Positions 9,712 through 19,601 of a stretch of 64,000 nt of DNA are shown one piece after another. The stretch spans positions 768,001 to 832,000 of the forward strand of contig CAWBMP010000004.1 of assembly GCA_963790025.1 (NCBI GenBank), in the 5' to 3' direction. This DNA comes from Nitrospirota bacterium (GTDB lineage: Bacteria; Nitrospirota; Thermodesulfovibrionia; Thermodesulfovibrionales; Dissulfurispiraceae). Both the position numbers and the translations under genes were made by a program. The notes under the pieces were generated by a model. It was not told the origin of the DNA. It worked only from the letters and a program-made list of their open reading frames with translations, and did no database searches. How positions within the stretch are numbered: the first letter of the stretch is position 1; each line of letters opens with the position of its first letter.

Positions 9712-10650
9712 TTACATTAATTCATCAATGAATTTTTCTACAGCCTTAATTGCCTCTGGATGCCTCATGATCAAAAGCTCCGCGCCGGCGATCATAAGTG
9801 CACTCGCTGTCACGGCTTCCCACGCTATTGCCCGCGGCTCAAGTGCGCCGCCAATAGGAAGTTCTTCTTCGGTAGCGGCAGTCTCTTTGGCCTTCCATAC
9901 ATTCATTCCGACATCGCCGAGCATAGGTGTCTGCATAGTGACATCATTCTGGGTCAAGGCGGCAAGCCTAATCCTCTCCATAACCGAATACGTATAATCC
10001 AGTCCATATCCGAGTGCCGAACACATAGGATCAGTAACCAGTCTCTCTTTGTCAAAACCCATTTGTGTTACCAGGATATTGAGCTGTTTGGAAAGATTGA
10101 TATCGAGCTGCGACATTGCTACAAGTTTAAGATTGTTAGCCAAACATGCTGCAGAGATCGTTTTATAGTTTTCTTCCTGGGCCTTTCCTATAAAACAATT
10201 CTTGTCCTTGGCTGCCTCGGCTGCTGCGACCAATATGGCGGTATCTTTTTCAATATGGTTGCTGCCGAGAATTATTAAAGGAATCTTAATTGCGGCAAGT
10301 ACCTCTTTTACTGTCTTGGCAGCATCTTCCGGGGAGCGGTTCGCCCCGTCGGGATGGGTGCCTATCAGCCTGAGTGCTATTGCCTTTGCATTCAGTTTGT
10401 CCTGGCAATGTTTTGCCCATGTGACAGGATCACCTGAAACCCCTTCATATGCCTTTTTAACGGTTTCCGGCCAGTCATCCGGCGGGACGTCCTGGATCTC
10501 ATAAGCCACAACGGGTTTGTTGGGAATGATCCCGTCAAATGCACAAAAAGGAAGTACATTCTCTCCACCAAAAACAATGGTCTTGTCCATCCCTGCATCA
10601 ATTTGATAAACCTTGCCAGCATAAGTCTCATTAGGTGCTGTAAATGCCAT
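9712..10650 (-). CDS. acsD: corrinoid iron-sulfur protein small subunit (AcsD)
   Basis: GGENVLPF, DINLSKQLN, ALGYGLDYTYSVMERIRLAAL, MRHP. Confidence 0.96.
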   Translation of the reverse strand: MAFTAPNETYAGKVYQIDAGMDKTIVFGGENVLPFCAFDGIIPNKPVVAYEIQDVPPDDWPETVKKAYEGVSGDPVTWAKHCQDKLNAKAIALRLIGTHPDGANRSPEDAAKTVKEVLAAIKIPLIILGSNHIEKDTAILVAAAEAAKDKNCFIGKAQEENYKTISAACLANNLKLVAMSQLDINLSKQLNILVTQMGFDKERLVTDPMCSALGYGLDYTYSVMERIRLAALTQNDVTMQTPMLGDVGMNVWKAKETAATEEELPIGGALEPRAIAWEAVTASALMIAGAELLIMRHPEAIKAVEKFIDELM

Positions 10651-10667
10651 ATATACCTCCGTTTTTT

Positions 10668-10705
10668 AAGGTTAGAGGATAGAGGATAGACCTCGGACCT
10701 CAAAC
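10668..10705. repeat. short heptamer tandem/inverted repeat between acsE and acsD
   Basis: ttagagg atagagg atag followed by acctcgg acctcaa. Confidence 0.45.
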
Positions 10706-10712
10706 GCATTTT

Positions 10713-11495
10713 TTACATTTCCAAATACGAATGAGCATAAAGCGTCCTGTTCATGAGTATATCTACAGTCTTTGCAGTTTCGTTGACCTCTGCAGCATCG
10801 GCAATTGCGGCAGTCAGGCCTTCATACAATAACAACGTAAGTAAATGTTTGTTCATTATATGCCGGAGCGGTTTCGGCATGCCGTTCGATATATTGCTCA
10901 ATCCAACCACTGTCTTCATCGGAGGATCGTTCAACTCCTGAAACATCTTGACAGATTGTATTACTTTTAATGCCTGGTCCTGGGTAGTCGCTATCTGGAG
11001 AACGAGCGGATCGAGATACAGGTCTTCAACCGGCATGCCATATTCCATTGCCCTTCCCATTATCTCTGATGCTATCCCGGCCCTTTCTTCGGCATCGGCC
11101 GGGAGACCGCCTTTGCCAACAGTAAGTCCGATTAATTGTGAATTGTATTTTACGGCAACCTCCATGATTGGGAACCTTTCGGGATCATTGGAGGTGGAAT
11201 TAATCAGAGGCCTGCCCCATTCATTATTATGGACTTTTAGTCCGGCCTCGATGGCCTTGACATTTGTGGTGTCAAGACAAACTGGCAACTTAACTACTTC
11301 CTGGATGGTCGTCACCATCCACTCCATCATTTTCTCTCCACCGTCCTCCGCAGGGCCAATATTGGCATCAATCATACCGGAACCTTCTTTCCATTGCCGG
11401 ATTGCAATTTCCTGAATAGGCCCTTTGTCGAACTTCATCATTGCTTCACGTACTCTTTTGGCTATGATACTCAGCTTCTCCCCGATAATCAGCAT
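10713..11495 (-). CDS. acsE: methyltetrahydrofolate:corrinoid Fe-S protein methyltransferase (AcsE); start revised to ATG 11495
   Basis: MLIIGEK, CLDTTN, LINST, LYLDPLVL, VGLSNISNG pterin-binding barrel; SD AAAGGAG precedes 11495. Confidence 0.93.
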   Translation of the reverse strand: MLIIGEKLSIIAKRVREAMMKFDKGPIQEIAIRQWKEGSGMIDANIGPAEDGGEKMMEWMVTTIQEVVKLPVCLDTTNVKAIEAGLKVHNNEWGRPLINSTSNDPERFPIMEVAVKYNSQLIGLTVGKGGLPADAEERAGIASEIMGRAMEYGMPVEDLYLDPLVLQIATTQDQALKVIQSVKMFQELNDPPMKTVVGLSNISNGMPKPLRHIMNKHLLTLLLYEGLTAAIADAAEVNETAKTVDILMNRTLYAHSYLEM

Positions 11496-11685
11496 ACATA
11501 TCTCTCCTTTCGATAAGAAATTCAATATAAAGACACAATATGTACATTAGTCTAAATAGCCAGACCAAGTAAAGATGCTGAGCCATTTATTCTTTTAATA
11601 TTATTATTGTATTTTATTTATGTATCTCCTTAATAATAAATATAAAAAATAATAAATTGTCCTTTTTTACAACGAGTTGCTGTTT

Positions 11686-12453
11686 TTAAGGTATATTTAA
11701 TGACATCAAAATTCCGAACAGTGCCTGAACAGATTTTGCTTCTTCGGGAAGCTTAAATACGGGCTTCCCCTCAAGGTCAGATTTAAAGATTGCCTCATCT
11801 TGCGGGACCAGGCCCGCCACGTTGATGCCGGCCTTTTCCGCCATGGCCTTCAGTTCCTCCCCCTCGTATCCGATTACTCTATTGATAATCAGTACCCTGC
11901 GCTCCACTTCAAGCTGCAGTTCATCGACGAGTTTATTAATCCTATCTGCAGTCAACACCCCTTTTACCGTAGGGTCGCTTACAATGATCAGCAAATCCAC
12001 CTTGTGGGTGGTCCGCCGGCTCAAGTGCTCCATCCCGGCCTCGTTATCGATGACTACGTAGGGATATTTGTCGGACAACAGATCGGTATATTTTCTTATT
12101 ATATTATTCGCGCCGCAGTAGCAACCGGGACCTTCGGGCCTCCCCATCACCATCAGATCAAACCCGTCAGCCTCGATCAGAGACTGCTGCACCTGATAAT
12201 CGAAAAGCTGTTCCATTGACATTCCGCCGGGCCTTTCGCCGCCCCCTCTCACCGCCTCAAGAGACACTTCCCGGAGACCACCGATCGTCGCATGCACTGC
12301 AACGCCGAGCGCCTCGTTCAGACAGGCGTTGCTGTCCGCGTCAACCGCAAGGACGGGCCCGCTCCTTTTTTCAAGCAGGTATTTCACCACCAGTCCTGCA
12401 AGACTCGTTTTACCTGTACCACCTTTTCCAGCAAACGCAATTGTAAAAGCCAT
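11686..12453 (-). CDS. cooC: CODH/ACS nickel-insertion ATPase (CooC/AcsF); start revised to ATG 12453
   Basis: GKGGTGKT Walker A, AVDAD, GPGCYC Ni-binding motif, DNEAGMEHLSR; SD AAGGAGG before 12453. Confidence 0.93.
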   Translation of the reverse strand: MAFTIAFAGKGGTGKTSLAGLVVKYLLEKRSGPVLAVDADSNACLNEALGVAVHATIGGLREVSLEAVRGGGERPGGMSMEQLFDYQVQQSLIEADGFDLMVMGRPEGPGCYCGANNIIRKYTDLLSDKYPYVVIDNEAGMEHLSRRTTHKVDLLIIVSDPTVKGVLTADRINKLVDELQLEVERRVLIINRVIGYEGEELKAMAEKAGINVAGLVPQDEAIFKSDLEGKPVFKLPEEAKSVQALFGILMSLNIP

Positions 12454-12484
12454 TTGAAACCTCCTTGCATGGCTAACTAAAGCT

Positions 12485-12670
12485 AAGTGTAATGAAGGAT
12501 GTGTCTCTGGAGCGAATCGCGGAGTCTTGGTAACATTTCTCGGTGAAGTGAGGGTTAAACAGTCGCAATGTCTGAGCCCCGAGGGCGAGTTTTGCGACTG
12601 TAGCGAATGAGCCATTAGAACTGTCAAGACGCAGCGTCTGAGCGCAAGAGACATATCCTTCATTACACTT
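12485..12670. repeat. 186-bp palindromic (MITE-like or structured RNA-like) element
   Basis: 24-bp terminal inverted repeat with 1 mismatch (aagtgtaatgaaggatgtgtctct / agagacatatccttcattacactt), nested stems gtcttgg/tcaagac and cagtcgcaa/ttgcgactg. Confidence 0.75.
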
Positions 12671-12684
12671 CCGAATTTCAGCCA

Positions 12685-13329
12685 TTATATTTTTTTTAAA
12701 ATTCCTGCTAATTCTTCCATTTTGTTAATAATAAAATCCGCCCCGCGCAACACGTCCAGCGGTCTGTACCCGTATGTTACTGCTACGGTTTTTATTCCGG
12801 CCGCCTTTCCTGCTTCAATGTCATAATTGCTGTCGCCCACAATTACAGCCTCCTCTGGAGATATGCCTAGTTTCGATAAAACATATCGAATGGGCATTGG
12901 GGATGGCTTCCTTTCTATTGTAGTGTCGCTCCCTACGATCACATCGAGATATGCCGAAAGCCCCAATTTTTCCAAAATCCTTGTTGAAAGAGACTCCCGT
13001 TTATTGGAAATAACAGCCTTACGGCAGGTGGACATTTGTGCCAGCACCTCCCGAACGCCGGGGTAAACCGTAGTATTATCAGTAAGATGTGCAGAATAAT
13101 AGTCAAGGAACCGCTCTATCAGCAAGTCCTTGTCAGCATTGATTCTTTCCTTTTCAATAATCCTCTTCATAAGGCTTGAAATGCCTTCTCCGAGGAGGCC
13201 TATTGTTTCCTGCACTGTAATGGGCTTAACCCCGTATGGCCCGACCGCGTAATTGATTGCATTGGCAATATCGGCGCTTGAGTCTATCAGAGTACCGTCA
13301 AGATCGAATATGACTAGTTTGAGGGACAT
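12685..13329 (-). CDS. HAD-family hydrolase, phosphoglycolate phosphatase-like
   Basis: FDLDGTLIDS motif I, SNK, KPSP, VGDSNYDIEAGKAAG. Confidence 0.9.
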   Translation of the reverse strand: MSLKLVIFDLDGTLIDSSADIANAINYAVGPYGVKPITVQETIGLLGEGISSLMKRIIEKERINADKDLLIERFLDYYSAHLTDNTTVYPGVREVLAQMSTCRKAVISNKRESLSTRILEKLGLSAYLDVIVGSDTTIERKPSPMPIRYVLSKLGISPEEAVIVGDSNYDIEAGKAAGIKTVAVTYGYRPLDVLRGADFIINKMEELAGILKKI

Positions 13330-13421
13330 TTATATATGTTAATAAAAAACGCCGAAAAAGCTCAAATGAATTTTATTAACCTTTTGATTAACATTACAGA
13401 TGCGGTAGAATATATGTTGTT

Positions 13422-14744
13422 ATGGATAAACTTATTATCGTAGGCGGCGGTCTGGCAGGTTGCGAGGCTGCATGGCAGGCAGCTCAACAGGGCGTTCAGG
13501 TGCTGCTCTTCGAAATGCGGCCTGAAAAGACGACCGGGGCGCACAGAACACCGTTCCTTGGAGAGCTTGTTTGTTCCAATTCTCTCAGGTCACGGGAGAT
13601 CGTTACAGGTCCCGGACTTCTGAAAAAGGAACTGGAGATCGCCGGTTCGCTCATAATGAATGCAGCACACGCCTCTGAGGTGCCGGCAGGGTCTGCCCTG
13701 GCAGTGGACAGGACAATTTTTTCACAACATATTACCGAAGCACTGGAAAAGCATGGCAACATTTCCGTAATCAGGGAGGAGATTACAAGTATCCCCGATT
13801 CGCCTGCCATTATAGCGACAGGGCCTCTCACTTCAGATGGCATGGCTGATGCTCTCAAGGCCCTCATAGGGGGAGAACACCTTTATTTTTACGATGCTAT
13901 TGCACCTATGATCGATGCAGGCAGTATAGACCATTCAATAGCCTATCTTGCCTCCCGATACGGAAAAGGCGGAGATGATTACGTGAACTGCCCCATGTCG
14001 GAAGATGAATATCTAAGTTTTTACCGTGCACTCAGAGATGCCGACTCGGTGCACAAGAAGGATTTTGAAGATGCAAAGGTTTTCGAGGGGTGCATGCCGG
14101 TTGAGGTCATGGCTGAAAGGGGAGTGGACACGCTCAGGTTCGGTCCCCTCAAACCAGTAGGCCTGCCGGACCCGAAAAAGGGCGAAATACCATACGCCGT
14201 TGTACAATTGAGGACCGAAAACAGGCAGAGATCGGCATATAACATGGTCGGCTTTCAAACAAGGCTAAAGTGGCCGGCACAGAAAAAAGTATTCACTATG
14301 ATTCCGGGGCTGCAACACGCTGAATTTTTGCGGTTCGGGAGCATGCACCGGAACACCTATATTAATGCTCCGCTGTACCTTAATCCCGACCTCTCCCTGA
14401 AAGTGAAAGACAGACTGTATCTTGCCGGACAAATCACCGGGGTTGAGGGCTATATAGAATCGACTGCAATGGGCCTTCTCGCAGGCCTCAATGCTGCAAG
14501 AAAAATACTGGGCAAAGATACGCTCTATCCGCCGCAAGTTTCCGCGCACGGCTCACTGATAGAGCATATCACTGCTTCCGCTGCTGCCGGTTTTCAGCCC
14601 AGCAACATCAATTTCGGTCTTATTCCGGCTGTTAAACAGCCTGCAATAAAAGATAAAAAACTTCGGCGGAAAATGACTGCCGAGATTGCATTAAAAAAAT
14701 GGTCAGAGTATATTAATTTAATAAAAGACACAGGTATAGATTAG
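13422..14744 (+). CDS. trmFO: folate/FAD-dependent tRNA m5U54 methyltransferase TrmFO
   Basis: GGGLAGCEAA, ELVCSNSL, YFYDAIAP, FEGCMPVE, GFQTRLKW, AGQITGVEGY. Confidence 0.96.
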   Translation: MDKLIIVGGGLAGCEAAWQAAQQGVQVLLFEMRPEKTTGAHRTPFLGELVCSNSLRSREIVTGPGLLKKELEIAGSLIMNAAHASEVPAGSALAVDRTIFSQHITEALEKHGNISVIREEITSIPDSPAIIATGPLTSDGMADALKALIGGEHLYFYDAIAPMIDAGSIDHSIAYLASRYGKGGDDYVNCPMSEDEYLSFYRALRDADSVHKKDFEDAKVFEGCMPVEVMAERGVDTLRFGPLKPVGLPDPKKGEIPYAVVQLRTENRQRSAYNMVGFQTRLKWPAQKKVFTMIPGLQHAEFLRFGSMHRNTYINAPLYLNPDLSLKVKDRLYLAGQITGVEGYIESTAMGLLAGLNAARKILGKDTLYPPQVSAHGSLIEHITASAAAGFQPSNINFGLIPAVKQPAIKDKKLRRKMTAEIALKKWSEYINLIKDTGID

Positions 14745-14829
14745 GAAAGGAAAAGGTAGAGGTAAAGAAAAGAAACAGATAGAAAACACTTTGTCTTACT
14801 AACCTATACCTTTACCTATTCCTCTGCCT
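14731..14829. repeat. hexamer (AGGTAN-like) tandem repeat with downstream inverted copy
   Basis: Left aggtat..aggaaa aggtag aggtaa, right aacct atacct ttacct attcct ctgcct; left arm overlaps trmFO 3' end. Confidence 0.65.
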
Positions 14830-14846
14830 TATCTTTAAGGAGTGCA

Positions 14847-15764
14847 ATGACTGACGAAGGATTGGGACTTTATATAAAAAATTTTCTCAAATACCTCGAT
14901 TTGGAGCGGGGAGCTTCCGTACATACAATCAGGGCATATGAACAGGATTTGAAGGAGTTCAATCAATACTGCGCTGCTGACCCGGCGCAGGTAGATATGA
15001 TCGACATAAGGGGATTTGTTTCAGATCGCATTATGGCCGGGAAGGAAAGATCCACTGTTGCACGGAAGCTCGCAACGCTCAGATCTTTTTTCAACTACCT
15101 GTACAGAGAAGGATATATCACGATCAATCAGGCCAAACTCGTGCCTACTCCAAAGGCTGCCAGACACTTGCCTAATTTCCTGTCTGTCGACGACGCATTC
15201 AATCTCGTCCAAACCCCGGAGGGCTTCGGACTCCTGCCTGTCAGGGACCGGGCCATCCTTGAATTGCTCTATTCGAGCGGCCTGCGCGTAAGCGAAGTGG
15301 CAGGCCTTACTACCGACGATATAAATCTGAAAGAGTGTCTTGTCAAAGCACGCGGGAAAGGGAAAAAGGAACGGATCGTTCCGATCGGAAATAAAGCTGT
15401 CGATGCCCTGAAATCGTATCTCTTGGAAAGAATGCTCTTTAAGAAAAGAAAACACGCTGATTGGAGCAATGCGGCCTTTTTTCTTAACCGAAACGGTGGA
15501 CGGCTCACCGACCGCCAGATACGGCGCATCGTGGTAAAATATGCCCGCGCTATTGGCATCGAGGGCCAGATAGGTCCTCACACCCTGCGTCATACCTTTG
15601 CTACGCACTTATTAATAGGGGGGGCGGACCTGCGCTCTATCCAAGAATTGCTCGGCCATTCTTCACTTTCGACAACACAAAAGTACACGCATCTCGACAT
15701 CGGTCATTTAATAGATGTCTATGATAAAGCTCACCCCTTCGGGGATAATTCAAGTAAAAAGTGA
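14847..15764 (+). CDS. xerC: tyrosine recombinase XerC
   Basis: [55 protein letters not shown]; trmFO-xerC-hslVU synteny. Confidence 0.92.
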   Translation: MTDEGLGLYIKNFLKYLDLERGASVHTIRAYEQDLKEFNQYCAADPAQVDMIDIRGFVSDRIMAGKERSTVARKLATLRSFFNYLYREGYITINQAKLVPTPKAARHLPNFLSVDDAFNLVQTPEGFGLLPVRDRAILELLYSSGLRVSEVAGLTTDDINLKECLVKARGKGKKERIVPIGNKAVDALKSYLLERMLFKKRKHADWSNAAFFLNRNGGRLTDRQIRRIVVKYARAIGIEGQIGPHTLRHTFATHLLIGGADLRSIQELLGHSSLSTTQKYTHLDIGHLIDVYDKAHPFGDNSSKK

Positions 15765-15807
15765 AGGGAGAAAATATTATCTTTGTTCATTGACTTTTTA
15801 CTTTTTT
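15752..15807. repeat. heptamer (AAAAAGT-like) tandem/inverted repeat at xerC-hslV junction
   Basis: aagtaaa aagtgaa gggagaa ... ttcattg acttttt actttt. Confidence 0.45.
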
Positions 15808-15819
15808 AAGGGGGTTTAT

Positions 15820-16353
15820 ATGTTTCACGGGACAACGATTTTATGCCTGAGGAAAAATAACAGCGTTGCCATCGCAAGTGACGGACAAGTAACTATGGGC
15901 AATACTGTGTTGAAACATAATGCCAGAAAAATAAGAAAGATGTATAATGATAAAATTCTGGCCGGTTTTGCAGGCGCGACCGCAGATGCATTTACACTTT
16001 TTGAGAAGTTTGAGGAAAAGCTCGAGACCTACCGCGGGAATATTACAAGGGCTGCGGTTGAACTGGCAAAGGATTGGAGGACCGACAAAATGCTGCGAAG
16101 GCTTGAAGCGCTGCTCCTTGTAGCGGACGAGGAACATACCTTCATCATCTCCGGCACGGGTGATGTAATAGAACCCGAGGGAGGAGTGGCTGCAATAGGA
16201 TCGGGCGGTCCTTTTGCACAGTCTGCTGCACTGGCCCTTTACGAAAATACTGAACTCCCTGTTTCGGAAATAGTGAGAAAAGCAATGGAAATAGCGGCTG
16301 ATATATGTATTTATACCAACAAGAACATTTCAATCGAGGAACTCAATGGATAA
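15820..16353 (+). CDS. hslV: ATP-dependent protease subunit HslV; start revised to ATG 15820
   Basis: [37 protein letters not shown]. Confidence 0.96.
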   Translation: MFHGTTILCLRKNNSVAIASDGQVTMGNTVLKHNARKIRKMYNDKILAGFAGATADAFTLFEKFEEKLETYRGNITRAAVELAKDWRTDKMLRRLEALLLVADEEHTFIISGTGDVIEPEGGVAAIGSGGPFAQSAALALYENTELPVSEIVRKAMEIAADICIYTNKNISIEELNG

Positions 16354-17689
16354 TTTCGTACCGAGGGCAATAGTTGCCGAACTGGACAAATACATCATCG
16401 GGCAGGATAAAGCAAAGAGGGCAGTCGCCATCGCCCTGCGGAACAGGTGGCGGAGGCAGCGTCTTTCCCCCGAGCTAAGGGACGAAGTGCTGCCCAAGAA
16501 TATAATTATGATAGGACCTACAGGTGTCGGCAAAACAGAAATAGCCCGGAGACTGGCGCGGCTTGCCAATGCGCCGTTCCTCAAAATAGAGGCTTCCAAG
16601 TTCACCGAGGTCGGATATGTGGGCCGTGATGTGGAATCGATCATAAGGGACCTTCTGGAAATCGCGCTCAATATGGTAAAAACAGAACACATGGGAAAAG
16701 TTCAGGAAAAGGCCAGGACGCTGGCTGAGGAGAGGCTCCTCGATCTCCTGCTTCCACAGCAGAAAGCAACACGGGGGGCCGCACCCGACGAGCAGGAGAA
16801 GGAGAGTTCCAATGAAACGCGCGAGCGTTTAAGGGCCCAGCTTAAAGAGGGCAAACTGGATTCCCGCTATGTGGACGTTGAAGTAAAAGAAAAAATGATG
16901 CCCTTCGGGGTTGTATCCAATGTGGGGATGGAGGAACTGGAGATCAATCTGAAAGAGATGCTCGGCAACTTTCTTCCTGAGAAATCAAAACGGAAGAAAG
17001 TGAGGGTCTCTGAGGCATTGATCATGCTTACCCAGGAGGAAGCGAACAAGCTTGTTGACATGGAAAAAGTTACCAGGGAAGCACGGGAGAGGACCGAACA
17101 GACGGGGATAGTTTTTCTTGACGAGATAGATAAAATAGCAAGCAGGGCCCAGGGACACGGTGGTCCCGATGTATCGAGGGAGGGTGTCCAGAGGGACCTT
17201 CTGCCCGTTGTCGAGGGCTCGTCAGTCAATACAAAACATGGCCAGGTGAAGACAGACCATATTCTTTTCATAGCCGCAGGCGCCTTTCACATCGCCAAGC
17301 CTTCGGACCTCATCCCCGAACTCCAGGGAAGATTTCCCATAAGGGTGGAACTGGATTCCCTCGGCAAGGAGGAATTTATCAGGATCCTTACCGAACCGCA
17401 TAACGCACTGACCAAGCAATACACAGCGCTTCTCGAAACGGAAGAGGTAACGCTTGAATTCAAGGATTCCGCAATCGACGAACTGGCGACACTGGCTGTC
17501 GTAGTGAACGAAAAGACGGAAAACATCGGCGCCAGAAGGCTCCATACCGTGCTCGAAAAGTTGCTTGAGGAGGTGTCGTTCAGCGCTCCCGAAATTAAAG
17601 GTCAGACTATCGTAATCGACAAACAATATGTAAGGGACAAGCTCGCGGATGTGGTCAAAGACGAAGACCTCAGCAGGTACATCCTATAA
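16346..17689 (+). CDS. hslU: ATP-dependent protease ATPase subunit HslU
   Basis: [47 protein letters not shown]-terminus. Confidence 0.97.
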   Translation: MDNFVPRAIVAELDKYIIGQDKAKRAVAIALRNRWRRQRLSPELRDEVLPKNIIMIGPTGVGKTEIARRLARLANAPFLKIEASKFTEVGYVGRDVESIIRDLLEIALNMVKTEHMGKVQEKARTLAEERLLDLLLPQQKATRGAAPDEQEKESSNETRERLRAQLKEGKLDSRYVDVEVKEKMMPFGVVSNVGMEELEINLKEMLGNFLPEKSKRKKVRVSEALIMLTQEEANKLVDMEKVTREARERTEQTGIVFLDEIDKIASRAQGHGGPDVSREGVQRDLLPVVEGSSVNTKHGQVKTDHILFIAAGAFHIAKPSDLIPELQGRFPIRVELDSLGKEEFIRILTEPHNALTKQYTALLETEEVTLEFKDSAIDELATLAVVVNEKTENIGARRLHTVLEKLLEEVSFSAPEIKGQTIVIDKQYVRDKLADVVKDEDLSRYIL

Positions 17690-17696
17690 ATAAGAA

Positions 17697-17815
17697 GACA
17701 GGGAGAAGCGGTGACACGGAGACACGGGGACGAGGATAAAACGGCAAAACGTCATGTAAAGCGTATCTTTTTTTCAGTTTCTCCGCTTCCCCGCGTCCCT
17801 GTGTCCCCGCATCGC
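17697..17815. repeat. octamer (GAGACACG-like) tandem repeat with inverted copy overlapping the rlpA 5' end
   Basis: gagaagcg gtgacacg gagacacg gggacgag ... ccgcttcc ccgcgtcc ctgtgtcc ccgcatc. Confidence 0.7.
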
Positions 17816-18526
17816 TTTTTTCTTTTTTCCGCGTGTCTTTTTTTATTCTTCCTGCTGGCTTCATGCGCTGCCAGACAGGCGGTATCCCCGGAGCCGCCTC
17901 CAGTAGTACTCAGCCAGCCCCAGCTGCAGCCAATGCAGGAGATGAAGGGAGAGCAGAGGACGGTCCTGGCCTCCTGGTACGGCCCCGACTTTCACGGTAA
18001 GCCGACATCTTCAGGGGAGATGTTCAACATGTATGCGCTTACCTGCGCGCACAGGGACTATCCTTTCGGGACCAGATTGCGTGTTATCAATACCCGAAAC
18101 AGTAAAGAGGTGGAATGCACGGTCAATGACCGTGGGCCCTTTGTTGCCGGCCGTGACCTCGATCTTTCCTATGCTGCTGCAAAAAAGATAGACCTCATCG
18201 GCCCTGGTACCGCCGCAGTGCTGATTGAGCCTGTAGGCAGAGATATGCGCTATGTTAAATACGTCAGATACAGTGGAAGGCTCGGCCAGGTGGTCACCAT
18301 CCAGGTGGGTTCATTCAGGGACGAGACCTTTGCAAAACGGTTGAAGACAGCACTGGAACTGCGGTATTCAAATGTGTATATAATGCAGGCTGATGTGGGA
18401 GGTGTAAAGCATTACCGGGTGCGAATAGGCAAATTCAGGACCAGAGACGAAGCTGCTGCCAGCGGCAAAGCTCTCGCAGATGAAGGGTACAATGTACTTA
18501 TAACCAAATTTGAGCAGCAGATATAA
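17711..18526 (+). CDS. rlpA: septal ring lytic transglycosylase RlpA-family lipoprotein with SPOR domain; start uncertain (GTG 17711 or 17801)
   Basis: Lipobox LLASC, ASWYGPDFHGKPTSSGE, TCAH, VNDRGPF, DLSYAAA; SPOR IQVGSF...YRVRIG. Confidence 0.88.
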   Translation: MTRRHGDEDKTAKRHVKRIFFSVSPLPRVPVSPHRFFLFSACLFLFFLLASCAARQAVSPEPPPVVLSQPQLQPMQEMKGEQRTVLASWYGPDFHGKPTSSGEMFNMYALTCAHRDYPFGTRLRVINTRNSKEVECTVNDRGPFVAGRDLDLSYAAAKKIDLIGPGTAAVLIEPVGRDMRYVKYVRYSGRLGQVVTIQVGSFRDETFAKRLKTALELRYSNVYIMQADVGGVKHYRVRIGKFRTRDEAAASGKALADEGYNVLITKFEQQI

Positions 18527-18540
18527 AATAAACAGGACGA

Positions 18541-18670
18541 TTCACCACGGAGACACAGAGAAAGAACAGAAGCCACAGAGAAAAAAACAATAAAAGAAGG
18601 GGAAAGACCTCTGTCTTTGATTCTAATAATATTTAAGCTTTTCTTTGTGGCTCAGTGTCTCTGTGGTTAA
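18541..18670. repeat. CACAGAG-type inverted-repeat element between rlpA and argB
   Basis: Ends ttcaccacggagacacagag / ctcagtgtctctgtggttaa (17/20 complementary), inner agccacagagaaaa / ttttctttgtggct. Confidence 0.75.
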
Positions 18671-18708
18671 ATCTTTTCTCTGTAGTTAAGGTTTGAAAAG
18701 GGGTGTTT

Positions 18709-19587
18709 ATGGAAAAGCTGATTGAGAAAGCGAACATTCTGATTGAGGCATTGCCTTTTATCCGCAATTTCTATGGAAAGACCTTTGTCATCAAGTACGG
18801 CGGGGCCGCGCAGACCGAAGAAAAACTCAAAAACAGTTTTGCTCAGGACATCGTCCTTCTGAATTTCATCGGCATCAAACCGGTAATCGTCCATGGCGGC
18901 GGTCCCAGGATAAGCCAGATAATGAAAAAAATGGGCAAAGAACCGAAATTTATCCAGGGGCAGCGGGTCACGGACAAAGAGACCATGGACATAGTCGAAA
19001 TGGTGCTTGGAGGCCTCATCAACAAAGAAATAGTCGCGCTGATAAACAGTCACGGCGGCAAGGCTATCGGGCTGAGCGGCAAGGACGGCGCACTCATCAA
19101 AGCTAAAAAGAAACTCCTGAAAAAATCGGCTGATAACGGCGGGGAAGAGATTATAGACATGGGACTTGTCGGAGAGGTCGCTTCAGTCGATCCGGGCATA
19201 CTGGATTCTATAGAAAAGGGCGGTTTTGTGCCGGTCATCTCACCTATAGGTGTCGGCAGCAAAGGGGAAGCGTTCAATATTAATGCGGATTATGTGGCAT
19301 CAGCGATTGCATCTTCTTTAAAAGCGGAGAAATTCATACTCCTCACCGATGTACCGGGCATATGCGATAGAAAAGGCAGTGTAATACCGACGATCGGTAA
19401 AAAAGAGATAAAAAAGCTTGTTGACAACGGAACTATTTCAGGGGGCATGCTCCCGAAGGTGCAGGCAGGCGCACGCGCCATTGATGCGGGTGTGAAAAAG
19501 ACGCACATCGTTGACGGCAGAATCCCCCATTGCCTGCTTCTTGAGATATTCACAAAAGAGGGAATCGGCACGGAAATCGTCGGGTAG
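18709..19587 (+). CDS. argB: acetylglutamate kinase
   Basis: [40 protein letters not shown]. Confidence 0.96.
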   Translation: MEKLIEKANILIEALPFIRNFYGKTFVIKYGGAAQTEEKLKNSFAQDIVLLNFIGIKPVIVHGGGPRISQIMKKMGKEPKFIQGQRVTDKETMDIVEMVLGGLINKEIVALINSHGGKAIGLSGKDGALIKAKKKLLKKSADNGGEEIIDMGLVGEVASVDPGILDSIEKGGFVPVISPIGVGSKGEAFNINADYVASAIASSLKAEKFILLTDVPGICDRKGSVIPTIGKKEIKKLVDNGTISGGMLPKVQAGARAIDAGVKKTHIVDGRIPHCLLLEIFTKEGIGTEIVG

Positions 19588-19601
19588 CGGCGAGCCGGCG
19601 A

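Noticed and set aside
12454..12663. 70-aa N-terminal extension of CooC and the 70-aa ORF 12473-12685
   Set aside because: Translations of the palindromic element; CooC homology and a strong SD start at 12453.
14847..15764. Tyrosine recombinase as a possible mobile-element integrase
   Set aside because: Sequence and trmFO-xerC-hslVU synteny indicate housekeeping XerC; no att sites or cargo seen.
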